DNA of 64,000 nucleotides from a virus (Duplodnaviria; Caudoviricetes): IMG/VR virus record IMGVR_UViG_3300011217_000001, positions 128,001 to 192,000 of that record; one strand, 5' to 3'. Shown piece by piece: positions 16,834 to 24,903 of this stretch (position 1 is its first letter; each line of letters starts with the position of its first letter). The notes under the pieces were generated by a model. It saw only the letters and a program-made list of their open reading frames with translations, ran no database searches and was not told where the DNA came from. The position numbers and the translations under genes were made by a program.

Positions 16834-17637
16834 TTAGCTCAGCTCGGGCGTGGTGCCAGCTTGTTCCTGCGCCTTCTCGGCGATGTATTTCTCGTGCCAG
16901 TCCGAGAGCTCGACGATGAAGACACCTTCTTCACCCAGGAAGTAGCCGGCTTCGCGCAGGAGACGCTTCTGGACAGCCATCTCCTGGGTAGCCATGTACA
17001 GCTTCAGGGTGATCGGCCATTCGGAAACCGGCACGGAGTTGTTGGGCTCGTTGCCGCAGCGCAGCTTCAGTTCCTGCTTGATGATCTGCTCGATCATGTC
17101 ATCGAAGCGCGGTTCCTTGAAGTTGACCGACTTCAACCACTTGCCCTTCAGGTAGACCTTACCGTCGGTGCCGGTGACGGTTTCGGTGACCTTGGTGACG
17201 TAGACCGTTTCACCCTGGTATTCCTTCTTGATGAAGAAGGTTTCCACGCCCAGGCGGGTGTACTTGGTGCGGGTGTCCAGCAGGTCATCCATGTTCTTGT
17301 CGAACTTGGAGAACTGGCTTTCGTTCACCCGACGCAGCACTTCGGCAGCATCGAAGCCGTAGCGGCCGGCCAGGCCGATGATGGTGAACAGGCCATCGCC
17401 CACGCCGTCGATGATCTCGTGCAGGTCGTTGGCAGCGATGCCGTCGCGCAGCTCGTCCACTTCCAGATCGATGATATCCATCTGGTGCTGCGCGGAGCGG
17501 TGGCCCTGCTTGCGCACATTGCCGGCCAGCTCGTTGATGGCGTAGACCTGCTCGAACATCTTGGAGGCGATGGAGAGGTGCATCGCATCGGAGGCGATCT
17601 TGGGGGACATGGGCTTGGTGTTGTTGTCGGCGTTCAT
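16834..17637 (-). CDS. MazG-like / PRA-PH all-alpha NTP pyrophosphohydrolase
   Basis: EVDEL..E..DG.GD acidic motif and V.ESQFSKF signature. Confidence 0.8.
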   Translation of the reverse strand: MNADNNTKPMSPKIASDAMHLSIASKMFEQVYAINELAGNVRKQGHRSAQHQMDIIDLEVDELRDGIAANDLHEIIDGVGDGLFTIIGLAGRYGFDAAEVLRRVNESQFSKFDKNMDDLLDTRTKYTRLGVETFFIKKEYQGETVYVTKVTETVTGTDGKVYLKGKWLKSVNFKEPRFDDMIEQIIKQELKLRCGNEPNNSVPVSEWPITLKLYMATQEMAVQKRLLREAGYFLGEEGVFIVELSDWHEKYIAEKAQEQAGTTPELS

Positions 17638-17645
17638 GGGCTTGC

Positions 17646-18932
17646 TCAGTTGGCCTTGGTGATGTGACGCAGGAGGGAACGCTCGAACAGCTTGCTCAGA
17701 GCGCTGTCTTCGGCGACGGGAGTGCACTGGCCCCAGACCAGTACGGAGGTTTCCTTGCCGAGTGCGGACATGGCAACCACCTCGGTGAACGGCAAGTCCA
17801 TGAACGGATGGTCGTCATCCAAGGAAACTTCGCCGTGACGCAGGGCTTCGTCGATCAAATCAGCAGCGCGTTCCGGGGTCAGAACGAATGCGCTGTTGTC
17901 GCCGTATGCGCCGGCGTCGGTGATGGTCCAGCGGTTGGTTTCCGGATCACGCTTGATCGTGCGAGCGATCTGGCAGCTGCAGTAGGCCGACTTACGCTCC
18001 CACTTCAGGTCGTAGCCTTCGATCTGGATATGGAAGCCCTTGACGGTGGCCAGTGCGTGGACCAGATATTCCACCGCATCCGTGCGAGTGTTGATCGGAG
18101 TACCACCACGAGCCAGCTTCGGGCCGAGACTGGTCTTGCCGGTAGCACCTTCGAACAGGTACTTCTCGATCTGCCCCTGCTCACCCATGGTGCAGTTCTG
18201 GCGCATCGTGGAGTAGAGGATGTTGAAGATCTGCTGGTTCCAGGTCAGGCGATCGAAGAACTCGGGGTTCTCTGCAGCCTTCAGGACCATCGCGCAGCGC
18301 TTCTCTTCCACCAGGCGATAGAAGCCGTACTTACCGGTCTGGCGCATGCGTTCCTGCTGCTCGCCGGTCAGGTTGTTCACATCGACCACTTCACCGTCAA
18401 TGGTGAAGGTGCTGGGGCCGTGTTCCATGTCGATCTTCGGGAAGACGTACTTGGTCGCACTGGTGAGGATCTCGAAGCCGCTTTCCAGGACACCGCGCGG
18501 ATCAGGCGGAGTGACGGCGCTGACCTTGAAGCCTCGTTCGATCGGACCAACATCCGCCTTGACGTTGACGTCGAAGCTGGAAGGGTCAGGGAAAATGCCC
18601 AGGCTGTTGAAGCGGCTGCTACCGCGCATGCCTTCGCTGTCACGGTAGACGTCGACGGCCAGAGTCTGGAACGGCTTGCCGGCTTCGCCGTACAGCGAAT
18701 GCGCCTTCACCTTGACGGTGTGGTTCTTCAGGTAGTCGGAGATGATCGCCAGTGCATCATGGCGGACGTAGAAGTTGCCGTGGACGAGGATCGGATCGGT
18801 GTCGATCTTCTCGCCGGGCTCGTGGCTGATCAGCTTCAGTACTTCTTCCAGCACGCTCGGTGGTTCACCGTCCAGCAAGAACAACAGATGCTGGATCAGG
18901 TTGGTTTTCTGTTCGTGGGACAATTCGGACAT
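17646..18932 (-). CDS. Hypothetical protein
   Basis: Long ORF; start MSELSH. Confidence 0.75.
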   Translation of the reverse strand: MSELSHEQKTNLIQHLLFLLDGEPPSVLEEVLKLISHEPGEKIDTDPILVHGNFYVRHDALAIISDYLKNHTVKVKAHSLYGEAGKPFQTLAVDVYRDSEGMRGSSRFNSLGIFPDPSSFDVNVKADVGPIERGFKVSAVTPPDPRGVLESGFEILTSATKYVFPKIDMEHGPSTFTIDGEVVDVNNLTGEQQERMRQTGKYGFYRLVEEKRCAMVLKAAENPEFFDRLTWNQQIFNILYSTMRQNCTMGEQGQIEKYLFEGATGKTSLGPKLARGGTPINTRTDAVEYLVHALATVKGFHIQIEGYDLKWERKSAYCSCQIARTIKRDPETNRWTITDAGAYGDNSAFVLTPERAADLIDEALRHGEVSLDDDHPFMDLPFTEVVAMSALGKETSVLVWGQCTPVAEDSALSKLFERSLLRHITKAN

Positions 18933-18997
18933 TGGACTTGCTCTTCCAAGTGAATAAGGTTTGTACATACCACTGACCCCGGATTTTAAATTTGACA

Positions 18998-19026
18998 GCA
19001 TAGAGCAGGAGGCCGAAGCCCCCTGC
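18998..19026 (-). terminator. Hairpin + TATGC element
   Basis: TTCG-loop stem after gene 19035..19436. Confidence 0.55.
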
Positions 19027-19034
19027 CTAGCTGA

Positions 19035-19436
19035 TTACTTGACGATGAACAGCGCCGGTCGTTTGCCACGCTCGGGCTTCTGTCGAGGACGATCCAGATA
19101 CATCGGATCATCGTAGAGGTCTTCTTCGTCGATCAGGTCGTTGTCAAACCGGATCATACCGTCATCGCCGCGATAGCCCACACGGTAGGCTACGCTGTTG
19201 TGGAAGTTGACCACGCCTACGATAACCACAGCAACAGCTGCATCGGGCAGATCTTCAGGCTTGGGGTTCACGTTGCCCATGAAGATACCCATCCATGCGT
19301 CGTCACCGATGCTGTACTTGGCTTCGCGGGTGTTGGCGAAGATCTCGGCAGGACTGAAGGTGAAAATCTCCTGCTTGCTGATCAGCACCTGAGCTTCGGC
19401 CTCTACGGCCTCAAACTCGTTTTCAAAGTCACTCAT
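19035..19436 (-). CDS. Hypothetical protein with SH3-like core, acidic linker and SspB-like ClpX-binding tail
   Basis: KYSIGD..VVIVGV..YRV; DNDLIDEEDLYDD; C-terminus GKRPALFIVK. Confidence 0.65.
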   Translation of the reverse strand: MSDFENEFEAVEAEAQVLISKQEIFTFSPAEIFANTREAKYSIGDDAWMGIFMGNVNPKPEDLPDAAVAVVIVGVVNFHNSVAYRVGYRGDDGMIRFDNDLIDEEDLYDDPMYLDRPRQKPERGKRPALFIVK

Positions 19437-19804
19437 TACTTGCTCTTCTTGTCTTCGGTAAGAACCGGAGGCGCGATGCCATACTTGGCAAATGCTGCCT
19501 CGATGATTGCCCGGTTGGCCTTGTACCAGTATTGCCAGGCTTCGATGATGTCCCCGCGCGCCACAGCCTCGGCGTTGTTGGGGAGCATCACTGCCGCGAT
19601 GTCGCTGAGCTTGGGCTCACGCCCCTTGCTGCCAACCGGAATCGGTTGCAGTTCGGGACGTACCTTCATCATCTCATCAGTTACCTGCGGCAGGTTTTGC
19701 TGCGGGCTTGGGCTTTTCGAGCGATTGGTTGTACAGCCGAGCAAGCCCAGCAGTACCAGCGCTAGCAACGTCATCAGACGGACCGATGCTTTTGCGGATT
19801 TCAT
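19436..19804 (-). CDS. o-spanin (Rz1-like) lipoprotein
   Basis: Lipobox LLGC, Pro-rich; overlaps the 3' end of the i-spanin gene in another frame. Confidence 0.7.
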   Translation of the reverse strand: MKSAKASVRLMTLLALVLLGLLGCTTNRSKSPSPQQNLPQVTDEMMKVRPELQPIPVGSKGREPKLSDIAAVMLPNNAEAVARGDIIEAWQYWYKANRAIIEAAFAKYGIAPPVLTEDKKSK

Positions 19805-20195
19805 TGATCAACTCCTCCTTTTCCTTGACCTTCTGTTCAGAGGCCAGCAACTTCAGGCGCAGTTCGGCCATCAGTTCCTTTTGCCCCACGTCCACTTCCC
19901 CGGCGACCTTTTCGCCGGAGCTGATCCAGTCCCCGTAGTCCTGCTTGAACTTGCGCAGCTCTTCGGATGTTTCCTTCAGCTGTCGGTTGGCTTCGGTCAG
20001 TGCAACCGTATCCAACTTGAGCTGGGCAGCGGCACCGCGATCGTAGATGTGATCGTAGATGCGCATGACGCCCATGACCAGCCCGTAGGCGATTGCAGCG
20101 AGGATTACCAGGGCGAGGATCTTCTTCCAACCGCCCTTGATGAACCAGGTCACCGCCTTGCCGAGTTTGACGCCGATTCCAATTGCAGTCACCAT
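19677..20195 (-). CDS. i-spanin (Rz-like)
   Basis: N-terminal TM followed by coiled coil; GGAGG RBS. Confidence 0.7.
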   Translation of the reverse strand: MVTAIGIGVKLGKAVTWFIKGGWKKILALVILAAIAYGLVMGVMRIYDHIYDRGAAAQLKLDTVALTEANRQLKETSEELRKFKQDYGDWISSGEKVAGEVDVGQKELMAELRLKLLASEQKVKEKEELINEIRKSIGPSDDVASAGTAGLARLYNQSLEKPKPAAKPAAGN

Positions 20196-20252
20196 ATCAA
20201 GTCCTCCCATTGTCATAGCATGATGACAAAAAAGAAAAAGATGCGGGAATTA

Positions 20253-20274
20253 CCCTAGCCCCGAAGGGCTAGGG
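20253..20274 (-). terminator. Stem-loop terminator
   Basis: CCCTAGCCC-TTCG-GGGCTAGGG. Confidence 0.65.
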
Positions 20275-20286
20275 CTTTATGTCCGC

Positions 20287-21228
20287 TTACTTGGGAAGCA
20301 CCGAGAGGTAACCGGTATCGCGCTGGCGACCGAAGCGACGCAGGTCTTCACGAGCCACTGAGGCCGCTTCAAAGCTGTACTGCTTGATCAGGTCGTAGAG
20401 CGCCTGCGGGGGATCTTCGCCACGGTTGAACTGGATCACGCGATTGATCTTGTTGTACAGCTCGATCAGTTCGCTGTTCATGCGTGCGTACTTGCCGCGA
20501 TGCAGCAGGTGGCTGAACTCCAGGTCCGGGTGAATGCCGGTGAGTTCTTCCAAGATCGGCTGGATCTCGAAAGCACGGGCGGAGAACACGCCGCGTTCCA
20601 GGAAACTCTGCATTGTCGGGAAGGCATTGGCGAGTCGACGGGTCAGCGTGGCGCCGGCGCGATTCAGGTGAACCGGCGTAGCCGAGCGGTTGGTCGAGTT
20701 GGCCACACGGTTAGCGCGGTAGATCTCGGCGAAGGCGTACTTGTTGTTACCGGTCATGACCAGGTTGTGACGCATCAGCAACGGCAGGGACTGGCGCAGC
20801 TTGGCGATGTTGAAGCTCAGGTAGTCATGTTGGCCGAAGGTACGCGATTCCCACAGCTTCCAGTCCGGTGCACCGAAGATCAGCAGTTCATCCGGAGTCA
20901 ACACACCGATGGCCGGGAACTTGTCCACGCTGGCGCCGCTGTAGGTGTAGTAGGTTTCAAACAGCAGCATGCCGTTGGTCACCACGTAGCGCAGCTCGTC
21001 CTGCACTTCCAGTGGGTTGCGATGCATGTTGGTATCGGCGCGAGCCTGTACACGCACGCCGTAGGGTAGGAACTGCGGATGGGCGAACTCGACTTCACCG
21101 TAGCTGTAGTAGCCCTCGATATGCGATTCGAAGTCGCAGTTGGGGTCGTCCCATAAACCACTCGGGATGCCATTGACGTCATGCCAGGCGGCGAATTCGA
21201 TTTTCTGGGTCAACTGTACAGCAGTCAT
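20287..21228 (-). CDS. Hypothetical protein
   Basis: 313 aa, GGAG RBS. Confidence 0.8.
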   Translation of the reverse strand: MTAVQLTQKIEFAAWHDVNGIPSGLWDDPNCDFESHIEGYYSYGEVEFAHPQFLPYGVRVQARADTNMHRNPLEVQDELRYVVTNGMLLFETYYTYSGASVDKFPAIGVLTPDELLIFGAPDWKLWESRTFGQHDYLSFNIAKLRQSLPLLMRHNLVMTGNNKYAFAEIYRANRVANSTNRSATPVHLNRAGATLTRRLANAFPTMQSFLERGVFSARAFEIQPILEELTGIHPDLEFSHLLHRGKYARMNSELIELYNKINRVIQFNRGEDPPQALYDLIKQYSFEAASVAREDLRRFGRQRDTGYLSVLPK

Positions 21229-21299
21229 GGTGTTTCTCCATTGGGGTATTGCTCGAAGGAAAGGGCGGGGTTAGCCCCCGCCCCGAGAGGGTGGGTCAG

Positions 21300-21833
21300 T
21301 TACTTGGGCATTTCAGCGACAACGCCGTGGACGACGTCATGGAGGTGGCCGAGCAGGTAAAGCGGGCCAAAGCGCGTGTTGAGTTCCTCGCGCTCCTTCG
21401 GGGAGATGTACTGATCCAGGGCAATCGGGGTGCCCCTGGGACCACTGTCAGCCGCGAAGCCGTGACCGACGATCTTGATTTCTTTCTTGAAAGCTGTGAT
21501 CAGGTCGAACACCTCGCGGGCCAACTTCATGGCCTGCAGCTTGCGCTTGTACTCGACCATCAGCAGATTGTTGGTCAAGATGGTTTCGCTGGCTTCCAGT
21601 TCGATCTTCAGACGGCCATCGAAACCGTGCACGCGCAGCTTGCTACTGATGGTAGCGGTAGGGAACTCCGGCTTGTTGTCGGCGGAGAAGTGCGTGGTGA
21701 GACTTGCCTCACGCGGCCCATCTTCCACCATCATCGAGCGCAGCTTATCTGCGATTTCCTTGGTGCGGACCGGATCGGTGTAGGCGTTGACTTCGATCGA
21801 AATGTTCTGGGACAGCTGCGACTTGTTGTTCAT
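21300..21833 (-). CDS. Hypothetical protein
   Basis: 177 aa, GGAG RBS. Confidence 0.75.
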   Translation of the reverse strand: MNNKSQLSQNISIEVNAYTDPVRTKEIADKLRSMMVEDGPREASLTTHFSADNKPEFPTATISSKLRVHGFDGRLKIELEASETILTNNLLMVEYKRKLQAMKLAREVFDLITAFKKEIKIVGHGFAADSGPRGTPIALDQYISPKEREELNTRFGPLYLLGHLHDVVHGVVAEMPK

Positions 21834-21883
21834 TGTATCTCCACGGGACGTTGGTTTTTAGTGTTGCAAGAAGGGTTGGGGTG

Positions 21884-22420
21884 TTACGCTTGTACGGACT
21901 GGTTGTCCACTGTCTTGGTAAGGCTGGTCAGAAGGGATCCCAGCTTGTCGAGTGCGACGTAAGTCTTTTCTGCGATCTGGGCTGCTTCGTCGAGGGAGTC
22001 GGCCTTGATATAGCCTACGGCACCCTCGACCTTATACTTGCGACCGTGTGGCACACGACGGCGCCAGCGCTTGTTGACCATAGTGAGGTAGCCTTCGAGT
22101 ACCTTCACGGACGACCCGTCTGGCGTGTAGGCCTTGGTCCAATGGCCGGTCTCTTTGAACTCCTCGGTCGTCTTACCCACGATCAATCGGGTAAGGTCCG
22201 TCTTGATACTTCCCCACGGATAAATGAACTTGATCTCGCCCTTGTACTTCCAGGTGATCATCGTGGTGTTCAGGGTGAACGCCGTGGCTCCGGTGGTCAC
22301 TGGACCCATCATCGCAGCCATTGAGGTGGCGTAGAAGAAGAGCGGGGTCATGATAAGCCAGCCGTGCTTGCTCTTACAGACGCAGAGCAAGGGTGCCAGC
22401 GTGAGTACGAACTTCCTCAT
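21884..22420 (-). CDS. Hypothetical membrane-associated protein
   Basis: Hydrophobic N-terminus; ATGA-coupled. Confidence 0.65.
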   Translation of the reverse strand: MRKFVLTLAPLLCVCKSKHGWLIMTPLFFYATSMAAMMGPVTTGATAFTLNTTMITWKYKGEIKFIYPWGSIKTDLTRLIVGKTTEEFKETGHWTKAYTPDGSSVKVLEGYLTMVNKRWRRRVPHGRKYKVEGAVGYIKADSLDEAAQIAEKTYVALDKLGSLLTSLTKTVDNQSVQA

Positions 22421-22581
22421 GCTTCATCCTCTTCGAATTCGAACTCGGGACCAGAGAGCATGGTTACTGGTTCGTCAACTTCCTCTTCGACGAACTCAAT
22501 GTAAGCCTGGCCAAACTTCTCGCGGAAGTGCAGATCAAGGAAAGAGCCGGGCTTACACTTGGTGAACTTCGGGCTGTACAT
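22417..22581 (-). CDS. Small acidic-tailed protein (54 aa, MYSPKF...EEDEA)
   Basis: Read manually; GGAG RBS; TGA overlaps next ATG. Confidence 0.6.
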   Translation of the reverse strand: MYSPKFTKCKPGSFLDLHFREKFGQAYIEFVEEEVDEPVTMLSGPEFEFEEDEA

Positions 22582-22614
22582 TGAAACTCCATTGTGGTCT
22601 TACTGATAGAAAAG

Positions 22615-22645
22615 GGCATAAAGCCCACTCCCGAAGGAGTGAGCC
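22615..22645 (-). terminator. Hairpin + TTTATGCC terminator
   Basis: GCTCACTCC-TTCG-GGAGTGGGC-TTTATGCCCTTTT; the G-U pair only works on the minus strand. Confidence 0.75.
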
Positions 22646-22654
22646 TATATGCTT

Positions 22655-22892
22655 AGAATAAACCGCCACCCCAACCTAGCGGAAGAGTCAGGCAACAACG
22701 CCGCATTCGATTCAGCCCGAGCAAGTAGGCCTTCGCGAGGTGGGGCGATGAAGCAGGGTACGTGCTGCGCTTGAACTCCGACTATGGCTCTCCCTATAGA
22801 GCTTTCCCGGACACGAACGGGATAGATGATCAGCACGCATGGCCGTGCTTACATTCGGGATATCGGAGGAGCTGCAGTGCACGCTGACTTGT
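22655..22892 (-). ncRNA. Candidate structured non-coding RNA (~240 nt), family unknown
   Basis: Nested helices between a promoter-like motif and a terminator; no credible ORF. Confidence 0.55.
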
Positions 22893-22922
22893 ACAGATTA
22901 TAGGTCTGAAGGTGTAGCAAAT
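22891..22922 (-). promoter_or_regulatory. Putative phage early promoter
   Basis: CCTTCAGACCTATAATCTGTAC, variant of recurring motif. Confidence 0.45.
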
Positions 22923-23176
22923 TACGCCACGCTCCGCAGTCGGATGTAGTCGTAATATGCCGGCCAGAACTTGTCGACCGCCTTGATGGCAGTGACGAAG
23001 AACAGGACCAACTGCACCGCCAACACCAGCCACTTGTAGGGACCGAAGACGCTGGCATGGGGAAGGATGAGTCCCATCGAGAAACAGATGATCATCATCA
23101 GGGCTGCGTAGAGCAGGAACGAGTTGCGCTTGCGGGTGTACCTTGCGGTAAGCCGCTTGAAGGTTTTGCTGGCCAT
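22922..23176 (-). CDS. Small two-TM membrane protein
   Basis: 84 aa with two hydrophobic helices. Confidence 0.7.
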   Translation of the reverse strand: MASKTFKRLTARYTRKRNSFLLYAALMMIICFSMGLILPHASVFGPYKWLVLAVQLVLFFVTAIKAVDKFWPAYYDYIRLRSVA

Positions 23177-23185
23177 GGGAACCTC

Positions 23186-23725
23186 TCAGGGAAGAATGGG
23201 CGGAGCCTTGCAGACACCCATGGTGTCCTTCAGGTCGATGACGATATTCGAGCGCGTATTGGTGAGGATCGAAACCTCGGCATGTTCCTCGCTGAAGAAC
23301 ACGCACGCCCGGTTCCTCGCAAGAGCCTGTTCGGACAGAGTACGCGGATCCTTCTGGCTGTACGTGACCTCAAATTCGTCGAAACGATAGTGGTGCGAGT
23401 TGATCAACGAACGATTGTCGCAGATGTTCTTCATCGCCGCATGCAGGATGTTGATCGCTGCATCCGTCAGCGTCTGAGCCAGAAGGAGCTCCGTCTCATC
23501 GCTGGTATTGATGAAGAAGCTGTCCGAGCTCCCCTCAATTTCAAGGACACTAAGGTACTCGTTGTCGATCTCCGTCTCCTTGTCGATGATCATAAAAGAA
23601 AGAGAGACGTGATCGTGCGAGGTGGTGTCGATAACCGTAAGGCTACCGTCACTGCAGAGCGTGTTGATGTTGGCGCCGACCTGCAGATTGAGGACAGCCT
23701 TGTAGCGCGGGGTCTTGTTGTTCAT
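23186..23725 (-). CDS. Hypothetical protein
   Basis: 179 aa, GGAG RBS. Confidence 0.7.
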   Translation of the reverse strand: MNNKTPRYKAVLNLQVGANINTLCSDGSLTVIDTTSHDHVSLSFMIIDKETEIDNEYLSVLEIEGSSDSFFINTSDETELLLAQTLTDAAINILHAAMKNICDNRSLINSHHYRFDEFEVTYSQKDPRTLSEQALARNRACVFFSEEHAEVSILTNTRSNIVIDLKDTMGVCKAPPILP

Positions 23726-23792
23726 ACGTATTTCTCCGTTGGGGTACTACGAAAGGGAAGAGGGCAGAACCGGAGTCCTGCCCTCTGGGGTG

Positions 23793-24335
23793 TTACAGCG
23801 TGGCGAAGGCCGACTTGCAGTCAATCACCATGGTGGGATCAGGCTGACCGGCGGTATACATGCCGATCTGCTTGTCCTTGACCGATTCGTTCTGCGCGAA
23901 CTCACGCAGCTTCTCGATGGAGATGACGTTGTCACCTTCCTCGTGGTGCTCGTCAACCATGAACTTGGTCGAGCTATTCAACAGCGCGTTGTGGACCGGG
24001 TTCTCATCCAGTTCACCAACGCCGATGAAGATCTCGCTGTGGGTGATGCGGTGCAGTTCCTTGAAGTCCGGACTGTTGAACAGGAAGCGGACCGACAGGG
24101 CGATGATGTCGCGGAAGCGCTCGGCTTCGTGTTGATCGATGATGTTGGTGAAGATCTCATCGATCACGAAGATACCACGGTAGTCCTTCGGGTCTTCGTA
24201 GTTGATCGGGTCCAGATCGAACAGGACGTGAGCGAACAGGTCGGTGGCGCGATCAAAGAACATGATGCGACCCGAACGATGCGCCGTTGCCTTGGCGCGG
24301 CTGATTTCCAACGTTGCGACGTAATCGCCCCACAT
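23793..24335 (-). CDS. Hypothetical protein
   Basis: 180 aa, GGAG RBS. Confidence 0.75.
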   Translation of the reverse strand: MWGDYVATLEISRAKATAHRSGRIMFFDRATDLFAHVLFDLDPINYEDPKDYRGIFVIDEIFTNIIDQHEAERFRDIIALSVRFLFNSPDFKELHRITHSEIFIGVGELDENPVHNALLNSSTKFMVDEHHEEGDNVISIEKLREFAQNESVKDKQIGMYTAGQPDPTMVIDCKSAFATL

Positions 24336-24426
24336 AAGTGAAACTCCATTGATTTTGAAAGAAAGGCGGAGGGGTTACCTCCGCCATACATGGTACAGCA
24401 GTGTACAGCCAGATACAACTCTTATT

Positions 24427-24867
24427 TCAGGTGCCGATGAACTTTTCCCTCGGCCAACTTACCGCCAGGCAGTTAGCGATGAGGTAGTCACTCCAGTGGC
24501 TTCCAGAAACCTTGATGAGCCGTTCATCCTCGATCTGTATATGGTTCAGTACAGTCGCAGGCAGCTCGTCGAGCAGTTCAGGGCATATGCAGCGAGGACT
24601 GAGCACCCCAAGCAGGGCGCCCAGTTCCAAGCCGTTCAGACCTTCGTACTCAAACTTCTTCAAAGTACAGAACTTCATGACGTCGATTCTCCCGTCCCGG
24701 TCTGCGTGCTGCATACCGAGAACAGGGATCTCACACGTCAACTTCAGGACGGGCACATTTTCCGTGCTACAGTGCAGGTTCCTGAAGTACAAGTTGCCCT
24801 CAAACGAGTGGGTCACGTAGAACTCACGCGACTGAGGAACAACCTTCTCACAAACACCAACGTCCAC
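24427..24867 (-). CDS. Hypothetical protein
   Basis: 146 aa, AAGGAG RBS before GTG. Confidence 0.55.
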   Translation of the reverse strand: MDVGVCEKVVPQSREFYVTHSFEGNLYFRNLHCSTENVPVLKLTCEIPVLGMQHADRDGRIDVMKFCTLKKFEYEGLNGLELGALLGVLSPRCICPELLDELPATVLNHIQIEDERLIKVSGSHWSDYLIANCLAVSWPREKFIGT

Positions 24868-24903
24868 TGTTATCTCCTTATACGCGTTGTTGGTGGGTAC
24901 TGC

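Noticed and set aside
22645-22836. 63-aa ORF inside the ncRNA candidate
   Set aside because: Non-ATG start inside a hairpin, no RBS, and it runs into the terminator.
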